64,000 nucleotides of DNA. It comes from Felis catus (taxonomy: Eukaryota). Each line of letters begins with the position of its first letter. Position 1 is the first letter of the stretch. The notes under the pieces were generated by a model. The model did not search any database and was not told the origin of the DNA. It worked only from the letters and a program-made list of their open reading frames with translations. The stretch is taken from assembly GCF_018350175.1 (NCBI RefSeq), contig NC_058368.1:183460001-183524000 (forward strand). The letters are read 5' to 3'. Of the stretch, positions 52,811 to 64,000 are shown piece by piece. Both the position numbers and the translations under genes were made by a program.

Positions 52811-54887
52811 GTAATAAAATAAATTCCAAATCAGAGAGAATTACTTCCAAACAGCCTGAAAATGGGGAAATAACTCTCAAGATGGCTGACAAAGGCACTT
52901 GCTGCCTTGCTGAACTTTCTGAATATGAAGATGAACATTACAAAATTGAAGACATTAGAAAATATTAAAGACATAGAAATATGAAAGACACTAGTTACAG
53001 TCTTAAAATAAATTCTATGAAGAAGGGCTTCCATGTTCAGAGAGAACAGCCCTGAACAAGCTAAATATAAATACAGCCCTCCTCTGATCTTAAACAGAAT
53101 ACCATGTTCTCATAATCAACTTCCTTAAAGCACTAACAATAGGGAACCTGTACTTTTTCACAGTTAGCCACCACTCAAATAATTATTTTGAAAAACACAT
53201 GTATACGGACATCTGTTTATTCATATATCATTTCAATTTATCTTCTAAATATAGGTGCATTCATTTCATTCTAGTAATGATCACTTAATAACAAGAAAGC
53301 AAGAGCCACTCAAGCTTGCCTGAGCAAATTTGTGACTGAGTGTATGTGTGGGCATGGGGTGGGGAGGGGTGTTCAAAGATGTTTCTAGACAAGGCTGTTG
53401 GCTTTGAGTTACTAAAGTCAAGACTTACTTTTCTCCATTTTTCAAGAGTCCCTCACTCATCTTTCTCTACATATTTGCTCCACTCTCTTGTTTCTCTCTG
53501 AAGATTAGCTTTCCCTGGTTACTGCAAACCTGAAAATGGGAGTTTACAGCTTAAATATTCTTCTGATGGTTAGTTTTCACACTTGAAAGAGGAAAAGTCT
53601 AATGTATCATTGGACAGCTAGCTAATCAGTGGACCATTTACCCTGGTTAACATGACCACATGAACCTGTTTTTCAAAAAGTGCTATGATTAAGCTGTGTC
53701 TCAGAGATACTGATGTAGGTTGGTCTGTCACCCTAAAAATGTAAACTAAAAAAGATGCTCTAGAGTAGATCCTTTTTTTGAAAATAAATTTTAAAAAAGA
53801 AAAAACTGACAAAATCATCAGATGCATCCTGCTACTAAATATTTTTACAGTTTCACCTGAGAGTTGTCAGCATTTGTAGTAGGCCTGTATTTGTAACTGT
53901 GTAAATAAAAAGTCTGTAAGATATCAAAAACACTTTTTATTTTTAATTGCACTGTCACCAAGAATATTAGTGACTTTTTCTTAAATTTAATGTTTTAAAT
54001 TTGAGATGCTTCTTTTTACCCATCATCATATATGTCCTTAATTCAGTTCATGCCTTCACCTCACTTTTCTACACACAAAAAATGGTGCTGAAGTCTCTAA
54101 GGATTCAAAAATGAATAAAATGTCTTTAGACTTACATATATTCTATTCATTTCTCTGATGACTGAATGCAGTTATCAGTTTTGTTCCTGATTTTCATCAT
54201 TTTGTACCTTCACTGAGACTACAGAAAACAGTAGATTTATATTTAATATGCCTTGTTTTGCACCAACACAATAAAAAGTGATACTACAAAACTCATATCT
54301 ATTGTAGACATGTTCTTAAGGACACTGTATATGATACTGTACAGAAAAATGTATTATATCTCAAAATTCAGCATGAGGAAAATCCATGCTTCTCCCTCAG
54401 AAATTGGTATGATATTTCTAAGTTTTGTTTTGTTTTTTTTTTTTTTAATGAAAAGGTTGAAGTGAAATCTATGACCATGCCAAGACCTTGGTCAGTACTC
54501 CCAGATCATAACTATATTTGTCCTAATTTATTTTTTCTTTCATATTATTATTTTTTCATATTTCTTCCATCTGATTTATACTGGATTGAATGTCACTAAT
54601 TTATACAAGCTACCCATATATGTACACATGGAAACACATACACAGAGAAAAAGAAAAAAATAGATGAAATAAGAAGAATGAGAAAGAAGGCAGGAATGGA
54701 GGGAAAAAGACAAGAAAGGTTATGAAGAAGCGGTAAATGGGTAACCCATGAGCTGGACCACATCCACAAATGTATTTTATTTGAACTGCACAATATTAAA
54801 AATAACTATAATATAAATTAAATAATCAATATTTTAAAAATATCATGAAAGTCACATTTGGTTTCTCTTGAAAAATTAGAAGGCACA

Positions 54888-55113
54888 GGGGCACCTGTGT
54901 GGCTCAGTTGGTTAAGTGTCCAACTTCAGCTCAGGTCATGATCTTGTGGTTCATGGGTTTGAGCCCCCCATCCAGCTCTGTGCTGACAGCTCAGAGCCTG
55001 GAGTTGGCTTCAGATTCTGGGTCTCCCTCTCTCTCTCTGCCCCTCTTCCACTCACGTTCTGTCTCTGTCTCTCAAAAATGAATAAGCGTTAAAAAAAACT
55101 TAGAAAAAAGAAA
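54888..55113 (+). mobile_element. CanSINE
   Basis: SINE head and tail; near-TSD GAAAAATTAGA.GG.ACAGG. Confidence 0.94.
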
Positions 55114-55550
55114 AGAAAAATTAGATGGTACAGGAAAACTATATTTACAGTATTTCATGGAAACAGTCAATTAAACTTAATAGCTATTTTCCACGTTAAG
55201 TGGCTAGGCACTTTTCAATTGCTAATACTCAATGTGTTCCTCTGTTGATAATGCTAACTTTGTCCTCTACACACACTTACCTTGCTTAGTTGATCTTATA
55301 GCCAGTTAAGATTTTATCACTGAGATATGATCTCTATTTTGGGGAACTCTCAGTGTTAAAGGGTACACTGGTACAGTCACAAATAAAGTCCTATCCCCTA
55401 TACTCCCTTTTGAAATGGAGTGTAAGGGAGTTCCATAAATGTGAATAATAAATAAATAAGTCACAACAGCCCCTTTGGAGATGTGTTCCAACCCAGTGAC
55501 TTAAAATTAAATTAGCAAAAAGTGTGAGATAATTGACTGACTTCCCACTC

Positions 55551-55745
55551 TTTTTTTTTAAATGTTTATTTTTGAGACAGAGAGAGACAGAGCATGAACA
55601 GGGGAGGAGCAGAGAGAACCCGAAGCAGGTTCCAGGCTCTGAGTTGTCAGCACAGAGCCTGATGTGGAGCTTGAACTCACGGACCATGAGATCGTGACCT
55701 GAGCCAAAGTCGGATGCTTAACCGACTGAGCCACCCAAGCACCCC
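55551..55745 (-). mobile_element. CanSINE
   Basis: Antisense SINE; TSD GACTTC(C/T)CACTCTTTT. Confidence 0.94.
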
Positions 55746-58415
55746 GACTTCTCACTCTTTATAGATTTTCAAATGGTGGACTGGGTGGGCACAGCAGAGC
55801 CCATATCCATCTAAGGTTCAGACATGCCACACTGCAAGCCCGCCTGGTGGTTAAAAGACATTGAAATGGTCCATGTTTGTTCAGATTAGGGGAAACTTTC
55901 AATTTATTTCCTGAGAATCAAAGAGAAATCATCGTCATCTGAAACTCAGTTTGTTAGTGACAGAGATTCAAAAGCATAAATAGACTGACAAGTGTCATTC
56001 GAACTGAGGAAAGCACAGTATTACACTACACTAAACTAAACAGCTATGAAAATTGGTGCTCTAGAAGACAATGCTAAATGAGGTATGCCTCTAAATATAC
56101 CATTAGGCACACTGTTAGAATAAGTGTAAAAAGAGTGGAGCATAATGAAAGAAAAAAAAAAAGACTAATTCTAGTTGGAGTATTATGGAGGAGACCTCAT
56201 GGAAGAGGAGGGATTTGAGCAGAAATTTAAGGAAACCAACTTAGGCTAATGAAGAAAATGAAAAAAAAAATGTAGGATGACTCATCACTCAGGATAATAT
56301 TTCTTCTTAAGCCTAAATTAAACTTGAACAGAGATAAACATTTATGACAATTAGGGCTACAGTCTAAAGCATTTTGGCTCACAAACTAAGTGCATTAGTT
56401 AATGAGTAAGATTTCTGTTCCTCTGCATGTAAACACTAAGTACAGAATTTATCATTCACTAAATCGTATCTGCTTTTTTTCTGCATTTCACTGATGGTTG
56501 CCTCAATTGTCATTTTAGCTGCTCTAAATAATGTGTTCTCTTCTCTGTTGTATTAAGCTATTCCTATCAAGGCTAATGATTTCCTGATTTCTACATGCCA
56601 ATGATTTTTGGCAGTAACAAATGATGCTTCTCTTTTTCATGTTGCAAGTAGCTTAAATTATATTTTACATGTCCATTTAAAGGATCATTAGTTAAGTTAA
56701 TATCTTTGCTATTCAGGAGTATCAAGCAGTTTACAAAGTATAGTCTAACTAAATAGTACTATATTATGTAGTACTTCAATAGCTAAAAAATATATTTTAA
56801 TTTCCATTTCTATACGTAACTTTGGCCTGAAAACATTATTACACAGTCTGATTTGTTCATGTTTGCATTTTTCTGATTTCTATAAAATACAATGGCATTT
56901 CTATAAATTTTTGAGAACAAGTACTATCAATTACAAAAATTATAAACTTGTTCTAGGTCTTAACCTTTGGGTTACTATCCAGATATTCACCTACTACATT
57001 TTATTGAACTTTTCATTATTTTCCATTTTTACAAATGACACCTTAAATAATTATGACCTAGAGTGGAAGGAATATTGAAAATATTAATTAAAACATCATT
57101 TTTTTAATCCATATATGAAAGTCATACCCTCTTTAGAGTTTGGAAAACCCACCATGAATATCTATGATATGTAATGGGAGAGTTGTTTTAACATGACTGA
57201 TGATTGACAGACTGGCAAGACGTTGCCTTTGTACTCAGCAAGAGCAAAAGGGCAACTAAATATCCTTTGTTGAGATAAGCTTAAGTATACATAGATCTGT
57301 CTTGTTCCTAATCATAGATCAAATGTTAAATAAAATATAGTGACTTACTGTAGCGATGTGTTGGGAGTCTATCTAAATGACACTGTGCCACTAGAGACAA
57401 GATACATTGATTTCTTAATATTGAGGAATGGCTGACATCCCCATGCTCTACAGAAGTTTTTCGCATAATTACACACATCATGTTCTGCTGCAGGGAGTGG
57501 AAGGATAGTTCATGGGACCCTGGGAACTCTGACATGGGCTCCATCAATGGCCATTAACTCTGAGAATTTAGGGCCAGTATTGCACTCAAAACTTCAGCCC
57601 GATTCTAGTTATCGAGAATCACTACTTAGACAGTTACCACATCAAAAAATATTCTTCATAACAAGAATCAGCCATATTAATTGCTAAAGATGAGTAGATC
57701 CTTCCATATGTCAAATAGGAAGTTTACATGTATGAGGAGTTAGAGGTACACAGCACACTGAGCATCACACAAATTTCACAGAACCATTTGAAGCTGTATG
57801 TGTTTTCTCTTGACCCAAATGGGACATGGGAAAATAAAGCATTGTGATTCATGGAGAGATGCCTAAACATGTCTCAATTAATAGCTAATATTTTTTCAAA
57901 TAGCTATGATTTTCAAGGATCATATCCTCTAGGAAATCTTTGATGACATAGGCCACTGAAACATTTTAAAGAGTACTGGCAGCATTTATAAAAGATGAGG
58001 TGTGAGAATTTGATCTTGAAGGGTTGTGAACATAAATTCAAACTGTATGTCTGTTGAAAACTGGGAATAATGAAGCCTAGATGGTAAAACAAACAAAGAA
58101 ACAAACAAAAACACATCTGGGAGTTACAATGAATGCATGAGGAGAAAGCTGCCAAATTTTGGGGAGTTCACAGGTACGACATACAATGTGATTATTTTCT
58201 AGTGGCTACTTGATCCAAACTTCCTACTGGCCCCATGTATCTACTACACCAATAGTTCTATGGGGAAAGTGTGTTTACTTTCTGAGTATAGGTCAAAAGG
58301 GTACTTTATTTATATTGCCAGGGTAGAAATAAGAGAATGATTTATAACTTGAACTCAGAAAAGGAGGAAATGACACTCGGGTTCAATAATACATCATTTA
58401 AACACCTCACATTTA

Positions 58416-59127
58416 TGTGAAAATAAAGGAAACCTCATTTAAAATGGATTCAGGAAGGGGCGCCTGGGTGACTCAGTCGGTTGAGCATCAGACTTCGGCT
58501 CAGGTCATGATTTCATGGCTCGTGAGTTCGAACCCCACTTTGGGCTCTGTGCTGCTTTGGATTCTGTGTCTGCCTCTTTCTCTGCCCTCCCCCATTCACT
58601 CTGTCTCTCTCTCTCTCTCAAAAATAAATAAACATTATTGTTTTTTTTTTAAATAAAATAAAATAAAATAAAATAAAATAAAATAAAATAAAATAAAATA
58701 AATAAAATAAAATAAAATAAAATAAAATAAAATAAAATGGATTCAGGAGGATATGTACCACTCCTCGCTGCCTGCAAAACCTAGCAAGAATAAGAAAGTG
58801 ACTTAAGGGACATTTTCCACATAGGGATTTTGTCTCCTGCTTTTAAGAAAAGGTCTGAGGATCCCTCCCTGCCCCAGCAACAATGCAATAGCCACCACTT
58901 GCACAACCACAACCTTGAACTTCAGTTCTTCAAAAAACTTTTGTTCAAAGTAATCCCCCCCAATTACCTCCTAATACCTAACAAAAGCCATCTCCCCATT
59001 GTCACTTCAAACTTGCCTATGGTTCACCACGACTTGTTTGTTGCAAATTACATTTCCTCTGCTATTCCCAAATAAATCCACTTTTCTGAAATAAACAAAA
59101 TTGTTCTTTGCTTCATTTCAAGTAACA
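58416..59127 (+). mobile_element. ERV1 solo LTR (MER34-like), interrupted by SINE
   Basis: TGTGAAAATAAAGGAAA...TTTCAAGTAACA termini, AATAAA, perfect 4-bp TSD TTTA. Confidence 0.82.
58457..58733 (+). mobile_element. CanSINE with (AAAAT)n tail, nested in LTR
   Basis: Perfect 15-bp TSD AAAATGGATTCAGGA; tail is a long perfect AAAAT array. Confidence 0.96.
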
Positions 59128-59518
59128 TTTAGAAACTCTTCACAATGGATAAACTTAATGTATTTGGTTTGGCCCCATATTTTAGCTTGTTGTACCACAA
59201 CTCCTCAGTTCCTACCTGAAAAGGCTACGAAACGTGCCCCATTTTTTGTGTTTGAATTTCGGGCACTGATCTGGCCAACACTAATATGCTCCTTTCATCT
59301 CTAATATACCATATAAACCTTATATGATTTTTTTCTTTGCAGCTGGATTCAGGCATTTTCTTGCTACTCACTGGTTATAATACTCATTTTATATGTCATT
59401 TATCTCCCTAAAGCTATTTTAATGGAGGGCATGTCCATTGGAACTAATAATATCACTACAAAGAAGGAGTAGGAGGTAAGAGAAGAAGGAGAAAGAAAGA
59501 GAGGAAAATGTGGGAGGC

Positions 59519-60522
59519 TGTGATATCATGATTTATAATAAGATATGTATATGTACATATACACATAGATGTGCATATGTATACACATATATACATACAT
59601 ATACATAAATATACGTGTGTGTGTGTGTGTGTGTGTATGTGTGTGTGTGTGTGTGGTCTTTTTTGCCATTCTTGTCACAAAAGTCCTAGAACTCTTGGCG
59701 TTTCTTAATTGGTGAGGGTGATGGATAAAGGAGTCTTATGTTGACAGGTGACTTTTGGAAAGCACCTAAGGATGGGAGCTGGCTGCTGAGAGATCCAACC
59801 ATGTGATCAGAGGGCTAGAATTTGTAGTCCCATACCCATCACATCCGTCCACCCAAGGTAGGGAGAGAGCTGAAAGTTGGATCAGTTGCAATTGGCAATG
59901 CTGATTTAATCAATCACATCCATGTAATGAAGCTTCCATGAAGACCTAAAAGTACTAGGTTTGAAGATCTTCTGGGTTAGTGAACACATAAGGATTTGTA
60001 GAAAGTTGTACATTTGTAGAGAACAAGAAAGCTTCAAGCTTTTACCCATTCCTTGCCCTATGTATCTCTTCTATCTGGCTGTTTCTGAGTTATATCCTTT
60101 TCTAATAAACCAGTAACCCACTACGTTTGATGTTTCTTTGAGTTCTATGAGCTTCTCTAGCAAATTACTTGAACTCAAGGAGGAGATCATGGGAACCTTT
60201 GATTTATGGCCAGTCTGTCAGAAGTACAGGTCACAAAGTGGACTTGTGATTGAGATCTGAGTTGGAAGGGGTTGTTCAAACTTCCAGTTCAAGGTCAGTT
60301 AGTCAGAACACAGGTAAAACCCAGGATTGTAACTGGAATCTGTAGGGGGTAAGGGAGTAGTCTTATAGAACTGAACTCTTAACCTGTGTGATCTAATGCT
60401 ATCAGGGATAGGTAGTGTTAGAATTCAGTTGACTTCTCAGACTCCCTGCTGGTGTTGAAGAATTGGTTACTGGTGTGGAGAACCTCCACATCCATGGTAC
60501 AATGGGGTGCAGAACACTTTTA
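59519..60522 (+). mobile_element. MER21-like LTR with internal (TA)/(TG) microsatellite
   Basis: Starts TGTGATATCATGATTTATAATAAGA; ccaaccatgtgatcagaggg motif; AATAAA; 5-bp TSD GAGGC. Confidence 0.85.
59545..59654 (+). repeat. (TA/CA)n-(TG)n compound microsatellite
   Basis: Seen directly. Confidence 0.93.
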
Positions 60523-62112
60523 GAGGCAAAACAGAGGCAACATCCTCTACTATTTATTTAGTGCTATGTGTTATAGGTTGAATTAAATGCTTACAAAAAA
60601 ATTGTCTCATGCAAATCTTATTTAACTCTATAAATTAGAAATGTAGGTCTACTTAATAATTATCTTGCAATTCAATATCCCCCACTGTGAAGAACAAAAT
60701 GTGAAATTTTCAGTGGGTGCACGAGACATTTTAGAGAGAAGGAAACTGGCTTAGAGAGGTGTATGCAGCCTTCTCAAAAGTGAGTATCAAAGCCAAATAT
60801 AAACCTAGCTTTGCCTTTAATCATCCTTAACCATTTTGCTATAGAGTACTGCCTACCCAAATTGGATATAAAACCATTTTCATACCCTATCTGAACCAAT
60901 TAGATTTCATGATTTTTAGAAATACAAAAATAAATTTAGGCCATTTCTTCAAACTTTCTTCATTTCTGGTTTTTAGTACAAAATATGAGATAAATCTCAA
61001 TTTTGTTCTCTTTTGCACCCTCTGGTGGAAATGTTAATGAGAAGAAAATGAGCAAACTAAAATTTGTACAAGGCAGATATTATGGCCAGGTATTTTAGTA
61101 AAATTGGCCACCTGGTTTGTTAAGATCTGAATAAAACATGTTTGATTCTATAATTGGTGAGCCCTTAAAATTACTCTCATAGTTCACTGGTTCTTTTGTA
61201 AATAACAATGTATGTAAACCTAAATATACATATTTATAGAATATTTAGATTTACATATATAACATATGTACACATATAGTATACATATACACACATATAC
61301 ATATACACAGATTCATAAAAATACAGGCAAATGAAGATACTAAACCAGGATAATCAGTAGTTGTAATGAATTTGGATTCAGCAGGATATACAAATATGCT
61401 TCCAGACCTTTAGCGTATGCATTTATTCATGTATTTATTTCTTTTTTCAAAAGCTTTTATTTTTCCACTTTTTATTATTCTAGGTGCTGGTATTTATAAA
61501 TGGAAATGCTAAAAAAAAGATCATCATTTAGTTACATGTATGTGTATACAAACATATATGAAATATTTTCAAAGAAAATAGATCTGTTGCAGAATAGAAA
61601 TATAATGAATTAGAATATCTTTGTTAGCATACTACTTCTGTTTATATTCTCATGCCATTTTGAAATTTAATCTTTTTCTCATCAACACAAAAGAGATTCT
61701 AATATTGTGACACAGAAAAGATTGTAATTGCTTAATTATTTATACAATATGGCAAATACACATTTTGCACTTATCAACAGAGATGTTATGTAGAATAAAA
61801 ATGCTTTCATTATCTGGGTTTCAAACAAATGTGCAGACCATCAAAAATGTTTACTAATAAGTTAAAATTATGTTTTCCCCCTCTGCTCAATAATAACAAC
61901 TAGTTTCATTTCTCACTATCGTATGCTACAATTCATAATATTCAGGAAATACTTAATTTCCTATCTACTCAGTACCAGGCACTGTGATTGTATATATGGA
62001 TAAAGTAGTTAGCTTCACTTATAGAGTTGCTGTCTTCACCAAACTTACAATCTAGCCCACTCCTCTTGATTCTGCTACCTAGTGTCTCAGGAACTATTAA
62101 AAAATGACATTT

Positions 62113-62331
62113 GGGGGCGCCTGGGTGGCTCGGGCAGTTAGGCGTCTGACATCGGCTCAGGTCACGATCTCGCAGTCTGTGAGTTTGAGCCCCGCGTCGG
62201 GCTCTGTGCTGACCGCTCAGAGCCTGGAGCCTGTTTCAGATTCTGTGTCTCCCTCTCTCTCTGCCCCTCCCCTGTTCATGCTCTGTCTCTCTCTGTCTCA
62301 AAAATAAATAAACGTTAAAAAAAATTTTTTT
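62113..62331 (+). mobile_element. CanSINE inserted in MER5-like remnant
   Basis: CpG-rich head; TSD AAATGACATTTG; flanks continue as ccagacttactgaatcaaaatctct. Confidence 0.95.
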
Positions 62332-62424
62332 AAATGACATTTGTAGGGCCTCATGCCAGACTTACTGAATCAAAATCTCTAGTGGCTAGACATGAGTAAG
62401 TCTATTTTCAAAATTAAGAAAGAA

Positions 62425-64000
62425 ATTTGTTTAGAATAGTTTTATATTTACAGAAAAAACACAAGGAGCACTACAGAGAGTTCCCATAGACCCTATACCC
62501 AGTTTCCCCTAGGATTAACACTGTATATTTGTATGGTACATTTGTTACAACAAATCAACAAATATTGGAACATTTTTATTAACAAAAGTCCACAGTTTAT
62601 TCTGATTTCTGCGGCTAAAAACTCATGCCCTTTAGTCATCCTAACTCCTTAGGCTCCTCTTGGCTGTGAATTTTTTTCAGACTTTTGTTGTTTTTGATAA
62701 CCCCAGCCATTTTGAGGAGTGCCGGTTAGGTATTTTGAGGAGTACTGGTCAGTTTTGAGAATACTCCTCAACTGAAATTTGCTTGATATATTTTCTCATG
62801 ATTAGACTAGAATCATTGGTTTTAAAGAGGAAGACCACAGAGGTGAAGTGCCATTTCATCACACCTTATTAAAGATACATGATGTCGAGATCACTTATTA
62901 CTGTTGATGTTAACCTTGATCCCATGGCTGAGGTAGAGTTTGTCATGTTCCTTCATTGTAAAGTTACTATTTCCCTTTCTCCTTTCCATACTGTACTCTC
63001 TGGAAGAAGTCACTCAGCACAGCCCACATTTGGGGAGTGAGAAGTAGTGCCTGGCCTACTTGCATGCAGAGTATCTACATGAATTATTGGAATGCTTCTG
63101 CATAACTGTCTATTATCACCCACATATATACTTCCTTAATAATTAATTTATAACAGTCCAGACTTATTTTACATTTTGAGCTATAATCCAATAGTAAATT
63201 ATTTTTTATTGTTCAAATTATTTCCTTTTGTGTCATTGGGATCTCTTTCAGTTGGTTCCTGTACCACTTTTGAGAATGTCACTTTCTGAAGCTACCAGAT
63301 GCTACAGAACTCATCTTGGTATGTCTTAACCCAGTCCTAGATTCAGCTATTTCTCTAGGAAGTCCTGTTCTGGTTCTTCTTCCTTTTTTTTTCCTTTTTT
63401 TTTTTTCTTTTTTAAGAATGGTATTCAGAACCAAAATCTGCATCCTAGGTATGCTTGTTGGTACTGGGGTGTCTTTGCTTCTAGGGGCTCTAAGGTGACA
63501 GAACAGCAAAATATATGTATGCATACTAACCTGTGTATATATCTATAAATATTTCTATGTGTATATCTAACCAAATCTATATTAAGCAAAACATCAGTTC
63601 ATACTGAAATCTTTATTTCTAGTCCATGACTACTTAGTTCATTCAGATACCCGCCCCCCCCCCCCCACCTCTCGTATCTGTACTCCCATCCTAACAATGA
63701 GAACTTGGCTCCTACCAGCTGTCATCCAGTTACTAAATTGTCTAATTCCAGTGTACATATACAGTACTATTATAACAGTTAACTCATATTCTCATGAGAA
63801 ACTTTAACAGCAAGAGTAGTGCCCTTATGTGCTATTTCTTTTGCCTTTAGTCATTGACTCGACTCTGTCAAAGTCCCTTAGGCTAGCCCTTTTCCTCACC
63901 ACCTTTAGTCAGGTTATTTCATACATCTGTAATAAACTCATATTGTTTGACCAATTCTGTCTTCCATATAAGGATCCTCCAAATTTCTAAATTATTATTT
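62425..64000 (-). mobile_element. L1MC/L1MD-like 3' region, antisense, running off the window end
   Basis: tagaatagtttta.atttacagaaaa...tacagagagttcccata...atggtacatttgttacaac...ggaagaccacagaggtgaagtgcc. Confidence 0.85.

Noticed and set aside
62709..62765. Short TTTTGAGGAGT direct repeats superficially like a repeat-spacer array
   Set aside because: Local slippage duplication inside L1; eukaryotic DNA, no CRISPR or cas genes

Overview
This is AT-rich, CpG-depleted mammalian genomic DNA. It is almost certainly from a felid: it carries about 26 tRNA-derived carnivore SINEs (CanSINE/SINEC), including four young, CpG-rich Felis-type copies with target-site duplications (TSDs). The window is intronic or intergenic and repeat-dominated. 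It holds nested L1 fragments, L2/MIR relics, about 7 solo LTRs, hAT-Charlie MITE remnants and microsatellites, including a ~0.5 kb GAA/GGA tract. I recognise no protein-coding gene, rRNA, tRNA gene, CRISPR array or CpG island, and the listed ORFs are repeat artefacts or chance frames. The best non-repeat signals are: a candidate 18-nt frame-preserving microexon at 30923-30940 (+) with branch point, UGC motif and GTAAGT donor; a pre-miRNA-like hairpin about 200 bp downstream; several well-bounded minus-strand non-coding exon candidates; and local dispersed duplications. Repeat family names come from visual recall of consensus sequences and need RepeatMasker/Dfam confirmation. I found no convincing novel multi-gene system.
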